Shown one piece after another: positions 1 to 10,525 of a stretch of DNA of 64,000 nt. How positions within the stretch are numbered: position 1 is the first letter of the stretch; every line of letters begins with the position of its first letter. Source of the DNA: Bacillota bacterium. Lineage in GTDB: Bacteria > Bacillota > SHA-98 > Ch115 > JABLXJ01. A program made the position numbers and the translations under genes. The notes beneath the pieces are model-generated. The model did no database searches. It was not told where the DNA came from and saw only the letters and a program-made list of their open reading frames with translations. The stretch lies in NCBI GenBank assembly GCA_012839815.1, contig DUMQ01000098.1, forward strand, positions 376-64,375. Reading direction: 5' to 3'.

Positions 1-267
1 CTTGGTAGAAATCTAGTTGATATCCGCCTTTTCGGCTCAGTAGCCCGTGGTACGTTTACGGCTGAGTCGGATATTGATATTCTTGTAGTGCTTCATGATG
101 AGGATAGATTATCAAGGGAAACAGTTATCGAGGCGGCAGTGGATATTAATTTAGAGTATGATGTTGTAATATCGCCAGTGATTATGTCGATGCGGCATTA
201 TTCCGACCCCTTACTTCGAGAAACGCTTTTCTACAGGTCCATACAAGGAGAAGGGGTGTCTTTATGA
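1..267 (+). CDS. Minimal nucleotidyltransferase (MNT) antitoxin-like protein, 5'-truncated by window edge
   Basis: Frame 1 reads LGRNLVDIRLFGSVARGTFTAESDIDILVV...IQGEGVSL*; GSxARG..xSDID motif; stop overlaps next start (ATGA). Confidence 0.85.
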   Translation, partial: LGRNLVDIRLFGSVARGTFTAESDIDILVVLHDEDRLSRETVIEAAVDINLEYDVVISPVIMSMRHYSDPLLRETLFYRSIQGEGVSL

Positions 268-662
268 GTGTGAACCTGTGCCGCTGGCGGCTAGAAAAGG
301 CTGAGAAAACCTTTATCGAAGGGGACCAACTCCTGGAGCTAGGTTCTTACAATGGTGCTATCAATCGGTTTTATTATGCTGCATTTCACGCCGTGAGAGC
401 GTTGTTGGCTACCAAGAAGTTGGATGCTGCTAAACATAGTGGCGTTATTGCCCTATTTAACCGCGAATTCGTCAAGACCGGGGTAATAAATAAAAAAGCC
501 AGTAAAACGCTATCCATGGTTTTCGCTTTGCGCTCGGAGGCCGATTATGACGATTTTAGGAATTTTGGTCTACAAGAGGTCAAAGAAGCAAGAAATGCTG
601 TACGTTCCCTGATCGATGAGATCTCCGCATTTTTATCAGGAACCTCTCGCGAAGGATCGTAG
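264..662 (+). CDS. HEPN domain protein (MNT-HEPN pair)
   Basis: 132 aa, all-helical, RFYYAAFHA, KHSGV and RSEADY motifs; translationally coupled to MNT. Confidence 0.85.
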   Translation: MSVNLCRWRLEKAEKTFIEGDQLLELGSYNGAINRFYYAAFHAVRALLATKKLDAAKHSGVIALFNREFVKTGVINKKASKTLSMVFALRSEADYDDFRNFGLQEVKEARNAVRSLIDEISAFLSGTSREGS

Positions 663-682
663 CGTGAGACAAAGGTGGAATT

Positions 683-3607
683 ATGGTGGGCAGTACCAAA
701 AAATGCGGGGAGGATTCCTATAGAGCCCTGGTAATACATCTAATGCATTCACATCTATATCTCCTATGTCTATTCGCATATCTATCATCGGCGTTGCCGC
801 TGCGTCTATCGGCATCGCTGCTGAACCGAGCCCTGCGAATATATCGAGCCCTACGAATATTTCGTTTCCCGAATCGCTACCTCTCGGCCCCACGGCTTCA
901 AATGTCTATCATTGTTGCTGTTATCACCGTTGTTACCGTTGTTGCCGCTCAGGGGTTGGGTTTCCCTGTCATCGACATGCCTGCCGTTGGTCACGCTCCT
1001 GCCATCTCTTTCTCCACTGGTCATGCATATGCTGCGGAGGCCACAGAGAGCGGGCAGGGCAGCGCGTCTGACGATTCGAGTGCATCGCAAGCTGGTCCTG
1101 GCGAGGCCAGCGGGGCTGGCCGTTCTGTCAGGTCTGGCGGTCCTGACGGGGGTGTCGAGACTGGCAGGGCCGTCGGGGCCGGCCGCGCCCGGCTTGTGGC
1201 CGGCGAGGTGAGCTTTGACCTTGAAAACAGGATCATCACGGCGCGGTCGAATGTCCGGCTCTTACATGAGGATGTGGAGCTAACCGCCGATTATATGGAG
1301 GTCAATTTGAATACAAACGAGGTCCTGGCGGTTGGCAATGTGTCCATGTCGAAAGAGGGCGACCGGGTCCAGGCGCAGAGCATGAAGTATAATCTCAAGA
1401 GCGAAAAGGGGACCTTTGACCACGCCCTTGCAACTGTAACGGATGAGGATATAAAGGGGGAGCTGTTCGTCTCAGGCAACAGGGTTGAGGTTGATCCCAA
1501 CGTTATAAGGATAGTCTCAGGGAGCCTCACATCGTGCGATCTCGAGGTCCCCCATTATCATATTGAAGCTTCGGAGGTTACCATCTACATCGACGATAAG
1601 GTAATTATTCGGAATGTATCCTACTGGGAGGGGCGGTATAAGATATTCCAATGGCCTTACCTCGTATTCTCATTGAAAGAGGAAAACCAGCTTGAACTCC
1701 CCAGGTTTGGTTACGGCTCCTATGAGGGCTGGTTTATCAAGACCACCTATAATTACTATCGCACCGATGCAAGCCGCGGTAAGCTCTATCTCGACTATTT
1801 CCAGAGGCTCGGTCTCGGAGCGGGTGTGAAACACCTGTATGATCTGGGCAGGATAGGTAACGGCTTCCTTTATTTATACATGCTCGGCAATCGCCTTGTG
1901 GGACATAATGACATTGAGGCCGAGGTGTCGCACGGGCTCACGCTCGGGAGGGATGTTAGAGCCGATCTCGACCTGAAGTATGAGAATACGGGGACCTCAG
2001 GCGGCGGTGAGGATAAGAGCTTCACATCGTCTGTCGCCATAAACCAGAAAGACGAGTCTGGGGCGATGAACCTCTCGTTGAAGAATGTGAGCCGCGATGG
2101 GTCTGTTTACGGCGATACGAGGAGCATATCCTTTTGGGGTGAAAGGTACATTACCGACCGGATCAGGATCGCTGCCGACGCGAGCTATCTTGATGAACAA
2201 GCATCTGACAGGGAGCGAGATAGGTATTTGAACTATAAGATAAGTATAGAAGACCAGCTGCCTTCCCTTACGTTCAACGCGGTTGTAGAGAATTACGTAA
2301 AACCGAAGCAGCCCAGCGAGGAGGAAGGGGAAGAGCTCAAGGAGGAAGAAGAGATTCCCTGGAATGCGCTGGTTCGCCTTCCTGAGATCACGATTACCAC
2401 AAAGCCTCTCACCGTGAAACCCCTGCCCGCGCCGCTCGTCTTGAAGGCTGGTTGGGGCAAGTATTCTGAGAACGCCCTCCATGATGGGTGGACGCCAAGT
2501 ATCTTGACGGCCACGCGGACGGAGGCGGGGGTTGAGGTGCCAACAAGGATCGTCCCGCTTTGGGGAGGGACCTCCGGCGACATCTCGGCATCCCTGACAT
2601 GGGATGGGTATAGCGCCATAGAGAGGCGGGGCCAGTATCTGGACTGGCAGGCCGGCCAGCAGGGTTCAGGAGGGTATGCGGAGTATTATGAACGATATGT
2701 GGCAAATGCGACGGTTGGCCTGAGATCGAGACTCACCCAATCTCTTTCGCTGCGGCTCAGCTATGATTATCAAGGGGTCTGGGGTTGGTCGCCATTCGTG
2801 TTTGACGAGCAGGAGCCCAAGGGACTCGTAGCCGCAACGCTCAGTTTCAGGAACCCCGGCTCTAGCTCTGGTTTTGGCTATGGTCATAATCGTGGTTCCG
2901 GTTATGAATGGAATGCTGAAGTAGGCGCGGGCTATGACCTCTATTATCGCGAGTTTCAAGACATCATAGGCAAATTTACATTGAGCTTCGCCGCCGGTTC
3001 CCCGGCTGGACCGCCTCGTCAGGAAGGCGTATCCGGCCCGGGGGACGCGGCAGACTCAACAGGCCCGGCGAATCCGGCAGATTCAGCAAACACGACAGAT
3101 TCAGCAAACATGACAGATTCAGCGGGCACGGCAAATCCCGTAAGCCCGGCAGAGCAAGCAGGCCCGGCAAACCTGGCAGGTGCTGGTAATTCAGGGAATC
3201 CGGGTAGGAAGTTGTCACTGGACGTGGTTGGTAGGTATGATCCAAACGCATCCCAGATGCGGGACGTGACAGGCAAGATCACATTCACGTCCAGGGAGGG
3301 CTGGGATATAAAGGCCGGGGCGCGTTATAGCTTTGAGAATAAGGCGCTGGACAGGCTCGAAAGCGAGGTAGACGTCCAAGTTAACAAAGACTGGCGCATA
3401 CAATGGACCGTGGTATATGGCGGTGTGGATGAGAAGACGATCAAGCGGGCTGATATAGGCATAACGCGTGACCTGCACTGCAGGGAACTCAGCCTCCTTT
3501 ATAGCTATAAGGACCAGGAGGTGTGGCTCGAATACAGGATCAAGGCCTTCCCGTTTGAGGGCATAAAATTCGGCCTCGGCGACCAGGGGGTGCTTTTGGG
3601 CCAGTGA
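683..3607 (+). CDS. lptD: LPS-assembly protein LptD-like (copy 1); true start uncertain, possibly ~902
   Basis: OstA-type jellyroll (LTADYMEVNL, AVGNVSM), TSCDLEVPHY motif, LPRFGYGSYEGW, long beta-barrel, C-terminal RDLHC. Confidence 0.8.
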   Translation: MVGSTKKCGEDSYRALVIHLMHSHLYLLCLFAYLSSALPLRLSASLLNRALRIYRALRIFRFPNRYLSAPRLQMSIIVAVITVVTVVAAQGLGFPVIDMPAVGHAPAISFSTGHAYAAEATESGQGSASDDSSASQAGPGEASGAGRSVRSGGPDGGVETGRAVGAGRARLVAGEVSFDLENRIITARSNVRLLHEDVELTADYMEVNLNTNEVLAVGNVSMSKEGDRVQAQSMKYNLKSEKGTFDHALATVTDEDIKGELFVSGNRVEVDPNVIRIVSGSLTSCDLEVPHYHIEASEVTIYIDDKVIIRNVSYWEGRYKIFQWPYLVFSLKEENQLELPRFGYGSYEGWFIKTTYNYYRTDASRGKLYLDYFQRLGLGAGVKHLYDLGRIGNGFLYLYMLGNRLVGHNDIEAEVSHGLTLGRDVRADLDLKYENTGTSGGGEDKSFTSSVAINQKDESGAMNLSLKNVSRDGSVYGDTRSISFWGERYITDRIRIAADASYLDEQASDRERDRYLNYKISIEDQLPSLTFNAVVENYVKPKQPSEEEGEELKEEEEIPWNALVRLPEITITTKPLTVKPLPAPLVLKAGWGKYSENALHDGWTPSILTATRTEAGVEVPTRIVPLWGGTSGDISASLTWDGYSAIERRGQYLDWQAGQQGSGGYAEYYERYVANATVGLRSRLTQSLSLRLSYDYQGVWGWSPFVFDEQEPKGLVAATLSFRNPGSSSGFGYGHNRGSGYEWNAEVGAGYDLYYREFQDIIGKFTLSFAAGSPAGPPRQEGVSGPGDAADSTGPANPADSANTTDSANMTDSAGTANPVSPAEQAGPANLAGAGNSGNPGRKLSLDVVGRYDPNASQMRDVTGKITFTSREGWDIKAGARYSFENKALDRLESEVDVQVNKDWRIQWTVVYGGVDEKTIKRADIGITRDLHCRELSLLYSYKDQEVWLEYRIKAFPFEGIKFGLGDQGVLLGQ

Positions 3608-4401
3608 CGCGAAGAGTGACACGAGGAGTGATGCGAGGAGCTATAGTTGTCATGGCCTTGGTGCTCATCTCGGGAGCGACTTTCCTGGCGACTAATTGGC
3701 GGCTTAGGGGGTGGCTTGCGGGGCGCTGGGACCTGGCGGGGGAAAGGCAGCCGGACGGGAAGCCGGCCGGGGTGACATCGAGCGCGGCGTCAAATGAGGG
3801 AGGGCAGAAGCCTGGGATTGACATGAGCCGGACGAAGCTCGTGGGGCGCGCCAGGGGCGTGAAACAGTGGGAACTCGAGGCTGCCGAGATTAGGATACAG
3901 GAAGGCGGCAGGGCGTCGAGCGGCACGGGCGGCGGTGGGCGCGGGGGCGGTCCTGCCATTGTAGTGCTTAAGGACATCCGGGGCGGCATGATCTTCCAGG
4001 AGGGTAAGCCCAGGCTCGGGTTTGAGGCCGCGAAGGCTGAAGCCAACCCGGGGACGGGGGATTTCAAGCTCATGGGTGGGGTCTTGTTGACTGCATTGAG
4101 AACTGAGCCAACCGGTCCAAATACAGGGCCGGAGGCGACGCTGGAGGTCCCCGATCTCCGGTGGGATGCGCGGAGCGAGAGGCTCGAGTGTTCGGGCCCC
4201 GTGGAGCTTAGAACTCGTGGAGTAGTCGTGAAGGGCGAGCGGGTGTCGGGCAGCATGAAGGACAAGACGCTTGTAATCGAGGGAAACGTCAGGATATTCA
4301 AGATGAACGGGAGCCTCACATGCAAGCGCGCTATCTACCGGTTTGAGGCGGGGACGCTGGAGATCGTAGGGGAGAGCGAGCTGAACATCGATATGGGTTA
4401 A
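3604..4401 (+). CDS. lptC: LptC-like periplasmic protein (copy 1)
   Basis: Single N-terminal TM, KQWELEA, DLRWD, GNV jellyroll motifs; lies between lptD and lptA. Confidence 0.6.
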   Translation: MTRRVTRGVMRGAIVVMALVLISGATFLATNWRLRGWLAGRWDLAGERQPDGKPAGVTSSAASNEGGQKPGIDMSRTKLVGRARGVKQWELEAAEIRIQEGGRASSGTGGGGRGGGPAIVVLKDIRGGMIFQEGKPRLGFEAAKAEANPGTGDFKLMGGVLLTALRTEPTGPNTGPEATLEVPDLRWDARSERLECSGPVELRTRGVVVKGERVSGSMKDKTLVIEGNVRIFKMNGSLTCKRAIYRFEAGTLEIVGESELNIDMG

Positions 4402-4541
4402 ACTCCGGCATAGATCACCCATAGAATCAACCTCGACATAGAATAAACCTCAGCATGGAATAGATCCATGGAGTAAACCTCGGCATGGAATAAACCTCGA
4501 TATAGAATAAATTTCACAGAATAAACCTCGGCGTAGAATAA
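4399..4541. repeat. Degenerate 17-bp minisatellite (CATRGAATAAACCTCGR), ~8 copies, some truncated
   Basis: Units start at 4420, 4437, 4454, 4467, 4484, 4501, 4515, 4532. Confidence 0.85.
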
Positions 4542-4573
4542 TCGTTGGTGTGGCAACAATGGGGGCGAGAGGA

Positions 4574-5476
4574 ATGGGCAACGGCATAGCTTTTCGTATT
4601 GTTGCACGTCGTATTATTGCGAGTTTTGCGGTCTTGGCCATATTTTGGATGACCGGCGGCATAACCGGCTGCGTGGAGGGATGGTCGGCGGGCGGCCGGG
4701 CTGGCATCTCGGCTGCGGGCGTGGTCGAGGCGGCGGAGAAAGCGATGGCGGGAAAGGCGAAGGAAAAGGTCCAGATAAGAGCCGACAAGAGTGGAGATTA
4801 TGATCTTGAAAAGGACGTGCTAATCCTCGAAGGTAATGTCATCATAACCCAGGGTGAGACCGTCATCAGGGCCGATAGGGTTGAGATCGATATGAATAAA
4901 AAGGTTGCGAAAGTGACTACGGGCGTGAACCTGACCCAGCCCGACCTTGTGTTGACGGGAAAGGTGTTCACCGCATATTTGAATGATAAGCGGGTTATCG
5001 TTGAGGGCGATGTTGTGCTTCAAAAGGACGAGGAGCAGGCTTCAGCGAAACAGGGCCCGGAGAAGCCGGGGGACTCCGGCAAGATGGGGGCGATGGCGGC
5101 AGGGGCTGCAGGAACGGGCACGGGCGGTAAAGGTGAAGCCGCGAGAGGTGAAAGCGCGAGGGTAGAATCAAAGGGCGAAGTTAGCAGCAAGAAGAAGGAT
5201 AGGATCACGTTAAGGTGCGATCGTCTCGAATACTGGACTGAGAAGAAGGAAAGCACCGCGACAGGGAACATTGCCGTTACCAAAGGTGAGACAAGAGCCT
5301 GGGGCGACAAGGCGGTCTACCGCGAAAAAGACAAGCTTTTCATCCTATCCGGAAGAAAGGTCAGGGTGGAAAGGGGTAAAGGCGAGACTATGACCTGCGC
5401 GGAGCTCACCATGTACACGGACCGGGACGTGGTTGTCGCCAGGAATAACGTCGAGATAGAGTTTGAGACAGATTAG
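4574..5476 (+). CDS. lptA: LptA/OstA-like periplasmic protein (copy 1)
   Basis: Signal-like N-terminus; IRAD, LEGNVIITQG, IRADRV, ATGNI, GDKAVY repeats; RBS GAGAGGA. Confidence 0.75.
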   Translation: MGNGIAFRIVARRIIASFAVLAIFWMTGGITGCVEGWSAGGRAGISAAGVVEAAEKAMAGKAKEKVQIRADKSGDYDLEKDVLILEGNVIITQGETVIRADRVEIDMNKKVAKVTTGVNLTQPDLVLTGKVFTAYLNDKRVIVEGDVVLQKDEEQASAKQGPEKPGDSGKMGAMAAGAAGTGTGGKGEAARGESARVESKGEVSSKKKDRITLRCDRLEYWTEKKESTATGNIAVTKGETRAWGDKAVYREKDKLFILSGRKVRVERGKGETMTCAELTMYTDRDVVVARNNVEIEFETD

Positions 5477-5713
5477 AGGGTCTCTTTATGGCCACCAAAA
5501 GGATACTCCGAAGAGCAAAATGCAAAATAGATAGGAAGATGGGCTTTGCAGATAGAAAGGAGGTCGGACCCGGCTTCGGATTAGAATGATTTTTTGGAAT
5601 GGGCATCATAGATGAGACAAGATTTACATGGCCGTCCCTGGGTTGCAGTATGGTATAATATGGCCCGTAGCAGGCAAATTAGCCCGTAGCAGGCGCGAAA
5701 CGGGGGGACGGCC

Positions 5714-8416
5714 TTGCTTGTGTTTACGCTTTTCCGGGAGAGGTTCGCAAAGGACCTGCTCGAACTCCTCGTTGTCAGTATACTTGTGGGATCGTTCATT
5801 GCAGGCATCGTGGCGTTTACGGCGGATACATACTTTGGGAAGACGGTTACGGGGGTGCTCGGCGACTACGGCGAATACGATATTATTTTGCATGTCCGGG
5901 CGGAACGCAAAGCAGAGGCTTTAAAGGAAATCAGGAAGATAGCAGCGCGTGAATTCCCCGGGGCGCGAGTGAAGGAAGGACCAACACTGGTGGACAGGGC
6001 CAATTTCCTCGTGGGGTTGCCTGATTCACTGCGGCGCCGCGAGACCATCGAGAGATTGCCCCGGGTCTTCGGTGATATACCCGGGGCCAGCGGCAGCACC
6101 TATATTATAGAGCCGCGAATCGTTGTGAGCGCGGTGCAGGGCGGGGCTTTTCAGTTTTTAATGGCTCGGATTCAAAAGCTGCCGGGAGTGAGGTTTACCT
6201 TCAGGGACGGCTCGTCGATCGGTGTCGTCTTGAAATCAGTTGATGATATAAAGGGCACTGAAGAAGCGATAAAGGAGATGCTTCGTTCCTACCAAGTGGT
6301 GGAAGTCCGGCTACCTATGGGTGAAGAGATACAGGATTCCATGCGCGCTGGGGCCGCTCTTGCTAAGGAATTTGGTTCCAAACCTGAGTTTGGTTATGCG
6401 AAGGATATAACTGTCAGGTCCCGGAATGATGACATCCGAGACTTGACAGCAACCCTCATGGAGATGAGGGATTTCCTCCAGTACTATGCCGCCCATGTGA
6501 TGGTTATCCCGGATGATATTGAAAGCAAGAGGGTTGGCGATATCCATCCCGGCACCGTTCTTGTCTTACGCGCCGCAACGCGCGCAGCAGCACCTTCCCC
6601 TGGCGGCTCCACCAGGAGCGATACAGGCGTCCTCACAGCCGATGAAACCGACGAGGTTTTAATGGAAGTCAAGGAGGTTGTTAGGGAAGCTAGGGAGGCT
6701 AGTGTTGTTAGTAGGGAGGCTAGTAGAGTTAAGGACGCCAGTGGCGATAAAGCAGGCAATAAGGGTGATAATGATAATAAGGGCTATAAGATAGAAGGCA
6801 TCATTATACAGGGCGATATCTCCCAGCTTCAAGCCCGGCCCCAGTCCGGGTCACAATCGGAGCTCGTGGCGAGGGGCCAGATAAAGGCCGAGGCATACCT
6901 GCTGGGCCCGCAGGATACCATTGGGCCAAGGGTTGGCGTTGCGACCATAACAAGCGAACGGGAGCGGCTTGCCTATATGGTTGATGAGAGTATCAGGCTT
7001 ATGACCGAACTCGATAAGTTCAGCCATGATGCCTACAAGACCGCGCTGGATAGCCTCGACGTCCTGGGACTGTACGAGACCACCGTGGGGCGCCTGGTTC
7101 AGGTGCAGCGCACGCTCGAGGGTATAGATGACGGCCTCCTGATACATGGAAACACGCTGGACCAGCGGGATATAGCGAGGCTTGCGAAGGCTCTCGATGA
7201 CGCTTCAAGGGCTATGAATTCGTTTGCATCGGCCCTTGATAAGGTTAACTTCTTCGAGGCGCAGGTGGACAGGGTCCTGGGCAAGACGAGCGACGTGAGG
7301 CGCATCCTCGAGCAGGAGATACAGGCCACCTCGCCTGAAAGCTCGCCGGGCCTTTACCAGCGCCTGGTGGCGATGAAGGCTGCCCTGGATCTCGTGGAAT
7401 TCAAGGCGAGGGAGCGCGCACGGGCCATCGATAGCTTCCTCGCGGGGCTCAATCCGGCGGCGAAGAATATCGCGTCCTGGCAGGGTAAGTTCAAATCCTT
7501 AAGGAACGGCCTCGAGGACGCTAGGGCGCTGGTCAATAGCGGGAGGGCCCAGGCTATCCTCGGTGACCTGCTGGATGTGACCAACTCCACGCTCGCCCAG
7601 TTGCAGATGCTTGATATCGACAGCATGCGACAAAAGGTCGGGCGAATCTCAAGGGATCTCGAATCGCTCCAGAGTATAGACGTAAGCTCCATGATCGGCG
7701 AGTTAAAATACATCAAGGAATCTCTTCCCAATTTAAGGGATGACCAGGTGGGCCGCTCTATAAGGTTGATCGACCGTTACATCGGGGGCGAGGTTATACC
7801 CGGCGACCAGCTTCAGGTAATGGTCGACGGGCCGCCGGTTACGGTTGCCATGGCGCGCTCAGCCGCCAGGAAGGTCCTCAAGGATGATAATTTCACCGTT
7901 TTTATCACGCCGGTTGGTGTCCTCGAACCCGGCATACGGGGCGAGCTGTTCCGGGTGATGCGCGAGGCCCGGGCTACGATCGCCGCGCTCATGTCCGTGG
8001 TGTTTACCTTGCTGGTGCTGATTCTCGATCACGCTACCCTGGCGAGCGCGCTCAGGTATTTCGCGGGGCGCACAGGCTTCATAGGCTTCGACATAGGCAA
8101 GGTTTATGGCACATTTGCCGGGGCCCTGATTCTTACGCTGACGTATATGCTTTCAGGTGCCCGGATTCCTTATATTCGTCCTGCCCACATTCTCCTTGTG
8201 GGTGCCTTGATGGGTTACGTTGTGAGTTGGCAGAGTGACAAGATCAGCCCGGTTAATGAAGATGAGGTTACAGCTGCCATGGCCCTGGGGCTACCATATT
8301 CGGAAATAATAAGGGAGATAATAATACCGGCTGGAAGGCCCGGGCTGCTGCAGCTCCTGAATAGGCGCCGGATGAGGCTGCGCGCATCTGCCGGAAGCCA
8401 GCCCCGGACGGTTTAA
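5714..8416 (+). CDS. 900-aa membrane protein: N-terminal TM, large extracytoplasmic/helical region, C-terminal TMs with ABC-permease EAA-like loop
   Basis: Hydrophobic N-terminus; ~aa 415-690 amphipathic helices; C-terminal EVTAAMALGLPYSEIIREIIIP; followed by ABC ATPase. Confidence 0.7.
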   Translation: MLVFTLFRERFAKDLLELLVVSILVGSFIAGIVAFTADTYFGKTVTGVLGDYGEYDIILHVRAERKAEALKEIRKIAAREFPGARVKEGPTLVDRANFLVGLPDSLRRRETIERLPRVFGDIPGASGSTYIIEPRIVVSAVQGGAFQFLMARIQKLPGVRFTFRDGSSIGVVLKSVDDIKGTEEAIKEMLRSYQVVEVRLPMGEEIQDSMRAGAALAKEFGSKPEFGYAKDITVRSRNDDIRDLTATLMEMRDFLQYYAAHVMVIPDDIESKRVGDIHPGTVLVLRAATRAAAPSPGGSTRSDTGVLTADETDEVLMEVKEVVREAREASVVSREASRVKDASGDKAGNKGDNDNKGYKIEGIIIQGDISQLQARPQSGSQSELVARGQIKAEAYLLGPQDTIGPRVGVATITSERERLAYMVDESIRLMTELDKFSHDAYKTALDSLDVLGLYETTVGRLVQVQRTLEGIDDGLLIHGNTLDQRDIARLAKALDDASRAMNSFASALDKVNFFEAQVDRVLGKTSDVRRILEQEIQATSPESSPGLYQRLVAMKAALDLVEFKARERARAIDSFLAGLNPAAKNIASWQGKFKSLRNGLEDARALVNSGRAQAILGDLLDVTNSTLAQLQMLDIDSMRQKVGRISRDLESLQSIDVSSMIGELKYIKESLPNLRDDQVGRSIRLIDRYIGGEVIPGDQLQVMVDGPPVTVAMARSAARKVLKDDNFTVFITPVGVLEPGIRGELFRVMREARATIAALMSVVFTLLVLILDHATLASALRYFAGRTGFIGFDIGKVYGTFAGALILTLTYMLSGARIPYIRPAHILLVGALMGYVVSWQSDKISPVNEDEVTAAMALGLPYSEIIREIIIPAGRPGLLQLLNRRRMRLRASAGSQPRTV

Positions 8417-8441
8417 GAGGTATGGTTCAAGAGGTGGGGAT

Positions 8442-9188
8442 GTGTGGATGGACTATCTACTGGAGATCAAGGGCCTCACAAAGAGGTTTGGCAAGACGCT
8501 CGTGCTGGACGGATTTGACCTGAACGTCGCGCGCGGCGAGACAGTGGTCATCACCGGCCCGAGCGGTTGCGGCAAATCGACGGCCCTGCGCTGCATCAAC
8601 CGCCTGACGGAGCCGGATTCGGGCAGTATAACATTCGCGGGGGTCGATATCACGAGGCTGTCCTACAGCGACCTCCTGAGGGTACGAAGGAGGATAGGCT
8701 TTGTCTTCCAACATTTCAATCTCATCGAGCGGCTCACTGCCCTCCAGAATGTCATGCTCGGCGTTATCTTTGAGGGGGTGCCATACCCTGAAGCACGCGA
8801 TATGGCCCTACGTGCCCTGGCGCGGGTCGGGATAGGCGAGATGCTTGCGTGCCGCAGGCCGTCGGAGCTGAGCGGCGGGGAGCGGCAGAGGGTGGGCATA
8901 GCGCGCGCCCTCGTGATGGATCCCGATCTCATGCTCTGGGATGAACCAACCGCCTCGCTCGACCCGATCCTGGTCGTCGACGTTTTGGACGTCATGGAGG
9001 AGCTTGTAAAGACCTCTGGAAAGACCATGATTATTGTGACACATGAAATGAAGTTTGCATCCCGCGTTGCAGACAGGATTGTGTTGCTCGACCGGGGGCG
9101 GGTAGCCGAGGAGGGGCCGCCGGGTGAGGTCTTCCTAGCCCCCAAATCTGAGATCGGGCGCCGCTATAAGCGGCTCCTGGCGGGGTAA
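8442..9188 (+). CDS. ABC transporter ATP-binding protein (GlnQ/polar amino acid-like)
   Basis: GPSGCGKST, VFQHFNL, LSGGERQRV, WDEPT, VTHEM. Confidence 0.92.
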   Translation: MWMDYLLEIKGLTKRFGKTLVLDGFDLNVARGETVVITGPSGCGKSTALRCINRLTEPDSGSITFAGVDITRLSYSDLLRVRRRIGFVFQHFNLIERLTALQNVMLGVIFEGVPYPEARDMALRALARVGIGEMLACRRPSELSGGERQRVGIARALVMDPDLMLWDEPTASLDPILVVDVLDVMEELVKTSGKTMIIVTHEMKFASRVADRIVLLDRGRVAEEGPPGEVFLAPKSEIGRRYKRLLAG

Positions 9189-9360
9189 GTCAGGAGTTAC
9201 CAGGCCGGCGCGCTAGAGCGTGGTGTTTTCTAGAAGAAGGGAAATGGGCTCAAATGTAGAAGTATTGATTCTGAAACCAGGGGCCAACCCGGTGACCCGA
9301 AGGATACCCGGGCGGCGCCCCGGGCTTTGGTCAAATTACGTCGTAATCTCAAATTAGGTC

Positions 9361-10338
9361 GTGATCATGGTGGGCTATTATAGGCCGGGCGGGTTTCAGG
9401 CAACGCTCGCTAGGGCCGCGGAGTATTGCGGCCCCGGGCTTCATTGCGGAAAATATGTCAACATGAGGATCCTGCCCGCCCCGCCGGGCACGGGCATCAG
9501 GTTCATGCGGGCGGATATCCCGGGGAGCCCTGTGATCCCTGCGCGGCCAGAGAACGTCGTATCGTCGGCCCGCTGCACCTCTATCGGGTCCGGCGAAGGC
9601 GCGCGCGTTGATACAATCGAACACCTCATGGCTGCCTTTCGCGGCCTTGGAGTGGATAATGCCATAGTTGAGCTGGACGGGCCGGAGGTGCCGATGGGTG
9701 ATGGGAGTGCGGCGGCCTTTGTCGAGTTGATTTGTCAGGCTGGCAGGATAATACAGGACGAAGAGCGGCTTAGCCTGGTTTTGGATTCCCCTATCTGGGT
9801 GAGCGAGGGGGACAAGCACCTTATTGCGCTCCCCCTGGGTACGATGCCCCACCTGGATACGAACGGCTCGCTCGTGCCGGGAGATAGGGGAGCGGGTGGC
9901 GGCCCCGGCGAGGGACTGAGGGTGACCTTCACGTTCGTTGGAAATCACCCGGCCGTCGGAACCCAGCACGTGGAATTCGAGCTTGATGGGGAAGGCGACG
10001 ATGGTGGCGTCTTCGTGAGAGAGCTGGCACCGGCGCGAACGATCGGCTTCGTGTGGGAGATTGAGAAACTGAGGGAGGCAGGGCTTGCCCTCGGCGGTAA
10101 CCTTGAGTCAGCTGTGGTCATCGGCCAGGAGGGATATCTTGGGCCCCTGCGTTTTGAGAATGAGGTGGCGCGGCACAAGGTCCTGGATATAGTTGGCGAT
10201 TTCGCCCTGCTCGGCCACGTCTGCGCCCATATTATCGGCATCAAGTCAAACCACGCAATGAACCACATGGCCATACGGGCAATAGCGGAGAGCGCGTCAT
10301 ACATAGACCCGGTGCACCCGGTCCATTATGCGTTATAG
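9361..10338 (+). CDS. lpxC: UDP-3-O-acyl-GlcNAc deacetylase
   Basis: QATL..GPGLH, TIEHLMAA, EVPMGDGSA, ARTIGF, RHKVLDIVGD. Confidence 0.95.
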   Translation: MIMVGYYRPGGFQATLARAAEYCGPGLHCGKYVNMRILPAPPGTGIRFMRADIPGSPVIPARPENVVSSARCTSIGSGEGARVDTIEHLMAAFRGLGVDNAIVELDGPEVPMGDGSAAAFVELICQAGRIIQDEERLSLVLDSPIWVSEGDKHLIALPLGTMPHLDTNGSLVPGDRGAGGGPGEGLRVTFTFVGNHPAVGTQHVEFELDGEGDDGGVFVRELAPARTIGFVWEIEKLREAGLALGGNLESAVVIGQEGYLGPLRFENEVARHKVLDIVGDFALLGHVCAHIIGIKSNHAMNHMAIRAIAESASYIDPVHPVHYAL

Positions 10339-10525
10339 ACCCCACGCCTGAAGGGATTTCATGTAGATTCGGCATAATTGATCGGTGTCAGCATAATTGA
10401 CCGGTATCGATATACTTTACCGGTATCGGTATAATTTAATTTGCCGGTATAGGTAATTGAGCGGTATAGGTATTACGGAACGGCATGAGAGGATTGACGG
10501 ACGAGGGGGAGGCTTTTGGTCTGGG

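Noticed and set aside
4399-4541. Iteron/origin or CRISPR reading of the 17-bp repeats
   Set aside because: Head-to-tail with truncated units, no spacers, no rep gene; fits the slippage pattern seen elsewhere.
8442-9188. Calling this glnQ of an amino-acid importer
   Set aside because: No binding protein or normal-sized permease adjacent; substrate unsupported.
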